64,000 bases of DNA, taken from the NCBI GenBank assembly GCA_048940445.1, contig JBHLON010000018.1, positions 1 to 64,000 on the forward strand, given 5' to 3'. A program made the position numbers and the translations under genes. Each line of letters starts with the position of its first letter. Position 1 is the stretch's first letter. Source of the DNA: Promethearchaeota archaeon (lineage in GTDB: Archaea; Asgardarchaeota; Lokiarchaeia; Sigyniarchaeales; SOKP01). The notes beneath the pieces were generated by a model. It saw nothing but the letters and a program-made list of their open reading frames with translations, was not told the origin of the DNA and did not search any database. Positions 1-8,886 of the stretch are shown here, piece after piece.

Positions 1-49
1 ATATAATTATTTTTTTAAATTATTGATTGTTTGAGTTATCTTTAATAGT

Positions 50-313
50 ATGAACGATTTATATCAAAAGTTTTTTAACTTATTAAAAGAACATAAAGGT
101 GAAAAACTAGTCATTGAAAGAAAGTATTTACCAGAGATTATACATGAAGATGGATGGCAGCTTAATAATGATGATGGGTTACCAGAATTAAAGCAAAGGG
201 TGAACAAGACAATAAGATACTTGAGGGTTAGATTTGAATATGATAAAGATTTAATAATTTTGTATATTCCTGAAAACTTCCTCCAAGAGCCCGACCTGGC
301 CTATTATAGTTGA
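50..313 (+). CDS. hypothetical protein
   Basis: 87-aa ORF with ATG start and protein-like composition; no family recognised. Confidence 0.6.
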   Translation: MNDLYQKFFNLLKEHKGEKLVIERKYLPEIIHEDGWQLNNDDGLPELKQRVNKTIRYLRVRFEYDKDLIILYIPENFLQEPDLAYYS

Positions 314-378
314 TTTAATTTTACGTAACTTCGCGTGTTTTTTCCAGCACACAATCTTTAAGGTTATTCTTAATAAAG

Positions 379-406
379 AATTGTACCTTTAAAGATCTGT
401 ACAATT
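379..406. promoter_or_regulatory. inverted repeat, candidate operator upstream of maltokinase
   Basis: perfect 8-bp inverted repeat AATTGTAC-N12-GTACAATT ending 23 nt before the ATG at 430. Confidence 0.4.
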
Positions 407-429
407 AATTTGTATTTAAATGATTTTTT

Positions 430-2166
430 ATGATAAAAGAATTTGATAAAAATTTAATCCAGCAAGTTATTGACTCTAATGAATTTAAGGCTTGGTTAAT
501 ATCTAAAAGATGGCTTGGAGATAAATTATTATTATCAAACCTAGATTTTAGAATAGTTTTGAAGCATTTCGAATTTATGTCGGAAAGGATTTTTATTACT
601 GTTATTACTATAGAACGGGAAGAGTATTCTAAATCATATTTTTTACCTTTAATTTATTACCATAAAATAACAGATATTCTTGATCCGGTTGAAAGCATTA
701 GAGAAAATATTGTTAGATTAACAGAAAAAACCTTTAGTAAAATTTTAATTAGAAGTATTCCTGAAGATGGGCAAAGTAATGTGTTTCCAGTTAATCTAAT
801 TGAAGCTGAATACTGTCTTTTTTTTTGGAAAAAGATGTTTTTTGACAAAAATGTCTCAGAATCCTTTCCCTCAATGTCATTGAATTTAACTTTATATACA
901 GAGCAATTTCAAGATGAGTCCAATATGAGAAAAGTTCAGAATCTCATAGAAGCGAGCTTGTATCGTGATAGATTTCAATTTTCATTAGAGCAATTAGGAG
1001 GAGGGAATACTACTAATTTGTTATTCCTCCTTAGTATAAGAAATCTTAATTTTCCAAATTCTAAACCAATTTCGTATGTAATAAAATCTTATAAAGAATA
1101 TATAGAAAACTTTGAGCCTAAAGTACTATTTGTTTTGGTTAAAAATGAATTCCCTAATGCTCCAAAAATATATGGAACTTTAAAATTTCATGAAAAAGAA
1201 ACAGTAGGAATTCTCGAAAACGTAACTAACATAGGAAATCTAGGAGATATCTATTGGAATGAACTTAATAATATGATTAATAACGTTTTTAGGGGTCTTA
1301 ATGAGGATTATAGGTATTTGAGAGAAAAAGAAAAGAGCTCTCAGGTAATTAACCAAAACTGTACAGAATCTCTAAAAGTTTCAGAAGAAATTAGTTATTA
1401 TATAAAAAAATTGCACAATGCTCTAGTTCTCCCCGGTCAGAAAGAATTTGATAAAGAGATTGTTGATAGTGAAATTTTCCTTGAACAATATACAAATAAG
1501 TTAAATTCTATAATATCAGAGATTCAATCTAAAATGAAAAGAAAATCAGAAAATTCATTCTATAAATCTCCAAAAATAAGTTCCATATTGATCGATATTA
1601 AAGACATTATTGAGAAATTTAGAACAGAATTAAAGGCGCCAAAGATAGAAATTCAACCCGTCCACCAAGATTTGCATATGCAACAAATTCTTTATAATAA
1701 AATTGATGATGATTATCAATATTTCTTTATTGATTTTGAAGGTGATCCGCAATTAACTCCAGAGGAGAAAAAACAAAAATTTCCTGTCGAGAAAGATATA
1801 AGCTCATTTTTAAGATCTTTAAGTTACATTAAATTTAATTCGATATTAAATTTCATTGAACAAAACATTATAGATCCTAATAAATTTGAAGTAGCAGAGG
1901 AATTTTTATTTAGCATTTATTTTAGGAAAGCTTCAAAAATTACACAAAAACATAAAATTCTCGAAATTTTCTTACAATTACTATACAATTGGGAAAATAA
2001 GTTAATGAGTAAACTTTTTGGAAAAGGGCAGAAATTGCATTTTACTCTGATTAATTATTTTACTATAGAGCGTGCTTTACACGAATTAGATTATGAATTA
2101 CTATTTAGACCAAATAAAACTATTGTGCCAATTTTGGGGTTAAAAGAAATTATAGATAAATATTAA
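430..2166 (+). CDS. maltokinase (Mak/Pep2-like, aminoglycoside phosphotransferase fold)
   Basis: KRWLGDK (cf. QRWFGGK), HQDLHMQQIL (cf. HGDYHLGQVL), IDFEGDP, DISSFLRSLSY, ERALHELDYELLFRP. Confidence 0.8.
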   Translation: MIKEFDKNLIQQVIDSNEFKAWLISKRWLGDKLLLSNLDFRIVLKHFEFMSERIFITVITIEREEYSKSYFLPLIYYHKITDILDPVESIRENIVRLTEKTFSKILIRSIPEDGQSNVFPVNLIEAEYCLFFWKKMFFDKNVSESFPSMSLNLTLYTEQFQDESNMRKVQNLIEASLYRDRFQFSLEQLGGGNTTNLLFLLSIRNLNFPNSKPISYVIKSYKEYIENFEPKVLFVLVKNEFPNAPKIYGTLKFHEKETVGILENVTNIGNLGDIYWNELNNMINNVFRGLNEDYRYLREKEKSSQVINQNCTESLKVSEEISYYIKKLHNALVLPGQKEFDKEIVDSEIFLEQYTNKLNSIISEIQSKMKRKSENSFYKSPKISSILIDIKDIIEKFRTELKAPKIEIQPVHQDLHMQQILYNKIDDDYQYFFIDFEGDPQLTPEEKKQKFPVEKDISSFLRSLSYIKFNSILNFIEQNIIDPNKFEVAEEFLFSIYFRKASKITQKHKILEIFLQLLYNWENKLMSKLFGKGQKLHFTLINYFTIERALHELDYELLFRPNKTIVPILGLKEIIDKY

Positions 2167-2169
2167 CAC

Positions 2170-2778
2170 TTATTCCGATTCAGTTATTTTAGCAAATTCA
2201 AAAGAATAATGAGAAGAAGATCTATTAATAGGTTGGATTTCATTCTTGTATTTAGCTCTCAGACTTTTATTCCCTTTCATTTCTTCTTCAATATAACTTG
2301 GATTCATTTCTTTATTATAAAAAATTCGCCATAAAAATGATTCTACAAACCGTTGAGGCCCGAATTCTTTTGTAATCAGAAGATAATTTTCTTCATCGAT
2401 GAATTTTGTAAAAAATCCTAAATTGTCACAAAATTCTAATTTAAAATTTAGGTCTTCTTCTTTTCCATTTATGCGAGCGATATCATTAATAAAACGAGCC
2501 AATTTATCTCCTAAACTTATTTGATCTTGCTCATCGGTATTTTCTATCAACTTTTTTACATAACTTCTTTTAATAATTATGAAATCTCGATTATTTAATG
2601 ACTTAATTGAACCTTTTTGTTTTATTATGAATTTTGACATATCTAAATAATTCCGTATCAAATCAGCCTTCGAAATGCCTAATCTTTCTCTCATTCTATT
2701 TAAATTATTATTTAAATATCTATCTATCCTAATTGTAATTACATCTTGACTAGAGTTTGATTCCCCTTTCTGACTCAA
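2170..2778 (-). CDS. ribbon-helix-helix (CopG-like) transcriptional regulator with C-terminal domain
   Basis: N-terminal VITIRID...LNRMRERLGISKADLIRNYL RHH pattern. Confidence 0.7.
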   Translation of the reverse strand: MSQKGESNSSQDVITIRIDRYLNNNLNRMRERLGISKADLIRNYLDMSKFIIKQKGSIKSLNNRDFIIIKRSYVKKLIENTDEQDQISLGDKLARFINDIARINGKEEDLNFKLEFCDNLGFFTKFIDEENYLLITKEFGPQRFVESFLWRIFYNKEMNPSYIEEEMKGNKSLRAKYKNEIQPINRSSSHYSFEFAKITESE

Positions 2779-3306
2779 TTTTTATATCTACCTTCATATT
2801 TTATTGTTTATTTTGTAGTATTATGTAATCATGGTAACTTAAAAAGTTTAACGACTATTTTTGAAATTTTTCTTACTATTTTAATAATATGTACATATGA
2901 GGTTTTTCTATCTTGGAAGAATAAAACGTTGCTTAAATAAATCTCTCACAAGGGAGAGTTTTATAAACTAAACTAGGTTAAATATGAAAGATAAAAGTTT
3001 TTTTACTTTCTTTTTCATAAACTATCTTCACCAAAAATTGATAAGAGCATAAAATTAATTTCTGTTTAAAACATAATATATTAAATAGATAATTTTTTAA
3101 CTAAAATAAAAACACTAAAAAGATCATTTTAAGAAAAATTATGGAGATCATAAAAAATACTTATGACAGATGTTTTCTTAATTGAATTAGTTATTAAGAA
3201 TTGAATCCTTTCCTTTTAATCTTCATTTTAATCTAATAATAAAATCTTAATATCATATGTAATTAAAAGTAACTATTTGCCTCGTATGTAATGTAATGAA
3301 TATAAG

Positions 3307-3326
3307 ATCAGACTTAAAAGGCTGAT
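3307..3326. promoter_or_regulatory. imperfect palindrome upstream of ArsR-like gene
   Basis: ATCAGaCTTaaAAGgCTGAT, about 65 nt upstream of 3393. Confidence 0.3.
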
Positions 3327-3392
3327 TAGATTTACTTTTTTTGTACCCATACAATAATAAAAAATTGCTATATTAAGGGTTGAACAAAGATA

Positions 3393-3749
3393 GTGCAATT
3401 ATCAGAAAATATTGGTCAAAATTCAGAATTATATTCATCTTTAAAGTTAGAACTAGTCCATAGCGATAATGAATCTATTACTATTGAATCAGATGGGAAA
3501 ATTGAGTTGATAGCGAAAGCACTTTCATCAGAAACTCGACGATCAATCCTGCACCAGATTCAGATAAGTCAAGAAGGAATGGATGTATCTAAATTAGCAG
3601 CAATCTTAAATATGACAGAAGCAAATATTTCTGCTCAAATTAAGAAGCTTGAGGAAGCTGGTTTAATTGACTGTGATTATTGTTCTGGGAATCATGGAGT
3701 AAGAAAAATAAGTAAATTAAAATATTGTCAGGTAAATATCACATTCTAA
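3393..3749 (+). CDS. ArsR-family winged-helix transcriptional regulator
   Basis: AKALSSETRRSIL...VSKLAAILNMTEANISAQIKKLEEAGLI. Confidence 0.85.
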   Translation: MQLSENIGQNSELYSSLKLELVHSDNESITIESDGKIELIAKALSSETRRSILHQIQISQEGMDVSKLAAILNMTEANISAQIKKLEEAGLIDCDYCSGNHGVRKISKLKYCQVNITF

Positions 3750-3784
3750 TAAAATTTAGTTCTACGCTGAATGATTTATATTTT

Positions 3785-4927
3785 CTATATAAAATGAGAG
3801 ATTAGAGTATTTTTTATTCTTTCAAAATGACCTAAATTTACTTTCAACAAATCATTTAATGCCTCAGTTAAACCAACTTCTTCAATCTTTTTAGTAATTT
3901 TAAAATAGGGACTTCTTTTCAGTTTTGCTATTAAAGTATTATTTGCTTCAATTGTATCAAAAAGAAATTCTCTTGCTTTTATTTCTTCAACATTTAAAAT
4001 TCTCTGAATAATTGATAATAGCATAGCATCAAATGTAACTCTTAGAATTAATTCTCTATCAAATTCTTTTTTTTTAGGAAATAAATAAGTTTTAAGGAGC
4101 GAAATTGATTCTTGAAAGAGCTCAATTGAATCTTTTCCAAGATTTTCTATTCTTTCTTTAAGATCTGATTTATTCAAGGCAGTTAGACAAATTGCTGATA
4201 GAACTTGATATTCTGCAATAAAATGTATAAATCTTGCTTTAGCATTGAGCATTGTGTCTTTGGAATCTTCTGCTTCATCTAATAGGTCACCTAAATTCTC
4301 GAGAGATTTTCGAAAATAAGTGGATATTGTGTAAAATTTTTCTGCTGCTTCTTCAAATTCTTTACGCTCTAATAATGATTGGGCGTTCTTTTCTTCTTGT
4401 TGATAAAGTTCATCAAACTTATTAATTTTCATAACTGCTTTTAATATTAATCGTTTACCTAAATCTTTTGTTAACTGAGAGCGCTCATAAATTTGACCTG
4501 CTTTCAATAAAAAGATAGATGCTAAGCTATGATATTCTTCAGGATCTGCTTTGAGAAAGTATTCAGAGGCTTTACTCCAACTATCACCAGCAGTTTCCCA
4601 GTCGTTCATCTGAAATGATATATTTCCTAATTGGATTAATAGTTTCGCAGAAATTTCATATAATCTTAATTCTTCAGTTTTACGAATAATTGATTTTAAT
4701 CTGTAAACTGCTTGTATATGATTTTTAAACTGTGAAATCACACGGGTGATACGAATAAATATTTCATCCAATTTTAAATAACTCCCAAGATCTAAGTAAA
4801 TCTGTGCTGCTTTTTCATATAATTTTATTGCATCATTTCCTTTGCCCTTATCAATAAGTTCCTCCGCTTGATCAATTATTTGAATTGCTTCAATTTCTTT
4901 TTCTTCTTTATCTTGATTGTTATACAT
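3785..4927 (-). CDS. TPR / alpha-SNAP-like helical repeat protein
   Basis: repeated helical hairpins such as AIKLYEKAAQIY, AGDSWSKASEYF, EAAEKFYTISTYF. Confidence 0.6.
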   Translation of the reverse strand: MYNNQDKEEKEIEAIQIIDQAEELIDKGKGNDAIKLYEKAAQIYLDLGSYLKLDEIFIRITRVISQFKNHIQAVYRLKSIIRKTEELRLYEISAKLLIQLGNISFQMNDWETAGDSWSKASEYFLKADPEEYHSLASIFLLKAGQIYERSQLTKDLGKRLILKAVMKINKFDELYQQEEKNAQSLLERKEFEEAAEKFYTISTYFRKSLENLGDLLDEAEDSKDTMLNAKARFIHFIAEYQVLSAICLTALNKSDLKERIENLGKDSIELFQESISLLKTYLFPKKKEFDRELILRVTFDAMLLSIIQRILNVEEIKAREFLFDTIEANNTLIAKLKRSPYFKITKKIEEVGLTEALNDLLKVNLGHFERIKNTLISHFI

Positions 4928-5068
4928 TTTGCAAACATCCTTTAATTAGAATATCCTATAGACTTTAAAATTCCTTGAATGTTATTTTAAATTTTAGCTT
5001 AAATAATAATAGTATTCTAAAGAAAGAAAGTTTATTTAAGTTTTGATCAAAATATTTATTATTTCAGA

Positions 5069-5953
5069 TTAAAATCCGTCCAAGAGTTTAACATTATGAG
5101 CTTTTAGAGTATTTTTAAATTTAATCGATTGGTACGCTGATGCAAAACATTCTTTAGCATCTTCAATTGCTCCATAAAAAATGAAGTTAGAGAACCAAGA
5201 TACTATAAACATAATACTTGCTCTTCGATACCGAGTATGAAATTTTAGATTCAATTTTGGAGAGGAGTATTTAAATAGAAATAAATTAGGAGCAGTACCA
5301 ACGGGTAGTTTCAATGATGTACTTATTAATTGTTGAGCTTCAAGAATATGAGCTAAACTCTCAAGATCAACAACCCCACCATCAATCCATATCATTTTTA
5401 CTCCTAAGTTTTTTAAACCTTCGATTAGGTTTGATTTATCTGGTTGGATTTTTCCAGTTATATAATTAAATCTTTGAGTAGATGTCATATTACTTGAACC
5501 TAGTATTAATATCACAACGCTCATAATGTTATTATTTTTAATCAAATCACACTCTTTTTTATTCTTGAGACTTGAGATTGTGTTATAAATGAATTCTTCT
5601 GGTTTGACCCCTCTTTCGATTAGATATGCGACTCCTGAAGCCCTTGATTCAAAAGAACCTCCTAAAACAAATGGGGGTTTAAAATTATCTAGATAAAACT
5701 CAAGATATTTAATCATGGCTTTAGGATTATCTGCTGATATTTCAATCAAGTTTGGAATGTTATATTGTTTAGATAAATCCTGTTGCTGTTTGATTCGTTT
5801 CTTTGCTTTTTCTTTATTGAAATTCTGAGTATTATTTCTTTCTATAATTGATTGACCTTGATAAAACATAGTACCAATTAAAACAGGGGGTAAATTAAAG
5901 TTTCCAAAACCTACTTTAACATCTTTATAAACATAATAATTATTTATATTCAT
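5069..5953 (-). CDS. MtrH-like pterin-binding methyltransferase
   Basis: PPVLIGTMFYQG (cf. PTVLAGTIFY), FNKEKAK, IYNTIS; length typical of MtrH. Confidence 0.75.
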   Translation of the reverse strand: MNINNYYVYKDVKVGFGNFNLPPVLIGTMFYQGQSIIERNNTQNFNKEKAKKRIKQQQDLSKQYNIPNLIEISADNPKAMIKYLEFYLDNFKPPFVLGGSFESRASGVAYLIERGVKPEEFIYNTISSLKNKKECDLIKNNNIMSVVILILGSSNMTSTQRFNYITGKIQPDKSNLIEGLKNLGVKMIWIDGGVVDLESLAHILEAQQLISTSLKLPVGTAPNLFLFKYSSPKLNLKFHTRYRRASIMFIVSWFSNFIFYGAIEDAKECFASAYQSIKFKNTLKAHNVKLLDGF

Positions 5954-5984
5954 TATTAAATCAGTTAGAAATAAGAAGGTTTAA

Positions 5985-7184
5985 TTAATATAAATGTAAT
6001 TTTACACCACAATTTTTACATTGACTATTATTTAATTCTTCAAAACAATTTCGGTGGTATAATGTTTTACAATTTTCACAGCGAATAATTTTTTGACCTT
6101 TCTCAAATATAAGATTACAAACTAAACATGAATCAAATAATGCATCTTTTTCAATTTCTCCAAAGTTTACTAACTCAGCAGCAGCGATTTCTGGTTCATG
6201 ATTGGTCGAATTTGCTTGAATTCGTGGCTTTACTAAAGAGGTTAACTTTCTCATTTGAGAAACCTCAACAGGTATTTTTAATAAATAAAAACAGTGAGGA
6301 CATCTTACAGTTCCAGCCTTTCTCATCTTATGGTCTTTTTGAGAGTCTGCCCATGATGCTAAACAATGGATATGATAAGGTGTCTGACAATTTGGACAAT
6401 AACGGCCACTAACAAAGAAGGAACTTTTTGTATATGGGTTTGTATCAGAAAAACAGATTGAACATTTTTTATAATCAGCTAATCCTCTAATTTGTAATAA
6501 ACGCTGTTCTTGATCTTTTGTAAGATCTTGAACTCTTAATAAGTCAGCAGCAATCTTTCTAAGAAAGCTAGGGTTATCAACTAAAGATGTTGCTGTTTCT
6601 CCATAAGTTTTAATATTTGAATTGGCGAAATTAAGAGCAGCCTGTATTAATGATTCTGAGTCATTATTGTAATAATATCTCCCACCTGTAATATCACTCA
6701 ATCGTTTTAGAATATTAAGAGAAGAAACGTCACCTAAACGGAAACAATCAATTTTAATATTTAGCCCTTGTGCTAGGCGAGCCATCTTTAATGGATCTAT
6801 GGATGTCTTAGTAAACTTTCCATCTGATATTAGAAGAATTCTAGGTATTTTTGCGGCTATTTTTCGTAACTCAGATATAATAAGTTTTATAGAAAATGCT
6901 AGAGCATCTCCCATTGCTGAGTTTCCCGAGAATGTTAATGAATCTAAAGACTTAAAGAGCGAATCTTTTGTACTTGTAAAATCTAGTACTTTTTTCGGCT
7001 TATCAGAAAATCTGACTATAGCAAAAGAAGTCATATTATCTTCCGTGAATCTTCCAAGGATTAATTTTTTTGCAGCTTCTATACTTGCATCTAATCTACT
7101 TGGATAAGGAGGATAATCCGAACGATACATTGATCTTGAAGTATCAATGCAAATTACGATATTTTCGGGTACTCTTTCACTCAA
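5985..7184 (-). CDS. vWA-domain protein with two C-terminal C4HC3 RING/PHD-like zinc fingers
   Basis: MIDAS DTSRS and ISDG; CSIC..CPNC-x4-H-x2-C..CPHC; CLVC..CENC-x4-H-x2-C..CKNC. Confidence 0.8.
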   Translation of the reverse strand: MSERVPENIVICIDTSRSMYRSDYPPYPSRLDASIEAAKKLILGRFTEDNMTSFAIVRFSDKPKKVLDFTSTKDSLFKSLDSLTFSGNSAMGDALAFSIKLIISELRKIAAKIPRILLISDGKFTKTSIDPLKMARLAQGLNIKIDCFRLGDVSSLNILKRLSDITGGRYYYNNDSESLIQAALNFANSNIKTYGETATSLVDNPSFLRKIAADLLRVQDLTKDQEQRLLQIRGLADYKKCSICFSDTNPYTKSSFFVSGRYCPNCQTPYHIHCLASWADSQKDHKMRKAGTVRCPHCFYLLKIPVEVSQMRKLTSLVKPRIQANSTNHEPEIAAAELVNFGEIEKDALFDSCLVCNLIFEKGQKIIRCENCKTLYHRNCFEELNNSQCKNCGVKLHLY

Positions 7185-7392
7185 TTTCAGATTTACCCAG
7201 TTATATTTTTTTATAAACCCTAAATAATACTTCTAATTTTTATATGTTACAAAAAGAATAAATAATTATGTTTTTTTCATAAAAATAAAGTTTTATAAGG
7301 TAGTTTTTTCATATTTTATAAAACTCTTTTTAATTAAGTAAATACAATAATAGTATAGAGAAAAGTGAATTTGTTTAAATCTAAGATGTAGC

Positions 7393-8601
7393 ATGTCAGA
7401 GAATGAGATTAAAAATATAAAAGTAAAAGATTTCTTTAAGAGTAATGTTGTCATTAACGAGTTAGAAGAGATTTTAAATTTTAAACCTGAAACGCTCATC
7501 GGTATTGATAAAGTATCGTCTGATACCTTATCAGATTACAATATTAAGAATATTGGGGATTTAGCTAAAATTTCTTTAGATAATTTACCAGATGTTAAAG
7601 AAATTCCTAGTTCTATTTTAATTAAGTGGGTTAAAATTGCTCAGGTTGTTGTAAAGGCAATTAAAGAACAATTAAAGTCACATAAAAAGCTATTGATGAT
7701 TGGACTTGATAATGGTGGAAAGACATCTATATTAGCAGTCCTTCAAGATAAATTTTCAATTATTAAATCTTTATTACCAACAAGGGGAGTAAAAAGAGAA
7801 AGGTTAGATTTTTTTGGCTATCCGATTATATCTTGGGATCTGGGAGGCCAAGTTCAATATAGGGAAAAATTATATTTTAATAGACCCGAACTTTTTTTTA
7901 CTGAGGTTGATCTAGTTTTATATGTCGTCGATACATATGATTCAGACAGATTTCCAGAGTCTGCAAATTATTATCGCCAAGTTCTTAAAGCTTTAAATGA
8001 TTTGAGTGAATTTCCTCCAATTATTATAGTGTTAAGTAAAAGTGATCAAGATTTTCGTTCTACCGTCCAATGGCAAGATAATATAAATGTAATTAAAAAT
8101 AAATTTAATCAAATCACGAACGAATATGAAAAATATTCTGTTGATTATGCAGATACTACGATATATCAAAAAGAAACAATCATGCAAATGTTCAGTGTCG
8201 CACTCAAAAAGGTTTCTGATACTTCAGAAATTATTGAAAATATTCTTGAAGACTTCTCGCATATAATTGATGCGAAATCTTCAAGTTTAATCTCAATGGA
8301 TGGATTGATTTTTGGAAATTATAATGATTCCGATACGGATGAGGCACTATTAAATAATACAGCACTAATTATGCAAACTCTTTCAAACTTTCATAATTCA
8401 ATTGGATTACTTCGAGAAACATCGATTACGCTTAAATTCCCGCTAAATGGGTTTACTATTCAAGGAGAGAAACTGTTTAATTATTCCGAATTAGAGATTC
8501 CCGTTTACTTATGGATACTTTCAGAGAATCCAGAAATGATGTATAACAAATTAGATTACTTTAGAGAACAAATTCTTCCTTTAATTAATATGTTTCTCTA
8601 G
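7393..8601 (+). CDS. Arf/Rag-like small GTPase with N-terminal HhH-like and C-terminal roadblock-like domains
   Basis: G1 GLDNGGKT, G2 PT, G3 WDLGGQ, G4 SKSD, G5 TTIY; C-terminal SSLISMDGLIFG roadblock-type strand-turn. Confidence 0.8.
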   Translation: MSENEIKNIKVKDFFKSNVVINELEEILNFKPETLIGIDKVSSDTLSDYNIKNIGDLAKISLDNLPDVKEIPSSILIKWVKIAQVVVKAIKEQLKSHKKLLMIGLDNGGKTSILAVLQDKFSIIKSLLPTRGVKRERLDFFGYPIISWDLGGQVQYREKLYFNRPELFFTEVDLVLYVVDTYDSDRFPESANYYRQVLKALNDLSEFPPIIIVLSKSDQDFRSTVQWQDNINVIKNKFNQITNEYEKYSVDYADTTIYQKETIMQMFSVALKKVSDTSEIIENILEDFSHIIDAKSSSLISMDGLIFGNYNDSDTDEALLNNTALIMQTLSNFHNSIGLLRETSITLKFPLNGFTIQGEKLFNYSELEIPVYLWILSENPEMMYNKLDYFREQILPLINMFL

Positions 8602-8608
8602 ATTTTTC

Positions 8609-8836
8609 TTAAAGTAATTTGTCTAATTCCTTTTTAGCAGCAATCAAGTAATTATTACAATCTTTCATCATTTCAATTGCATTTTTGAGGTTATCTTCAA
8701 TAGTTATTAATTGCTTTTGATGAGCTATGTTTCGCCATTTTTCAAAATTTTCCATATGAGTTTCATTGTGAGACGCCCAGTGCTCACATAATTTAGATAA
8801 TTTAAACATTTCTTTATCTTGTTTGTTCAATATCAC
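8609..8836 (-). CDS. small His-motif helical protein, putative metal (Ni) binding
   Basis: HWASHNETH (HWxxHNxxH); directly downstream of cdhA on the same strand. Confidence 0.6.
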   Translation of the reverse strand: MILNKQDKEMFKLSKLCEHWASHNETHMENFEKWRNIAHQKQLITIEDNLKNAIEMMKDCNNYLIAAKKELDKLL

Positions 8837-8886
8837 TCACTTTTTAAAAAAAATTAAAATTGAAAAAAAGAGAAAAAATTTATAAT

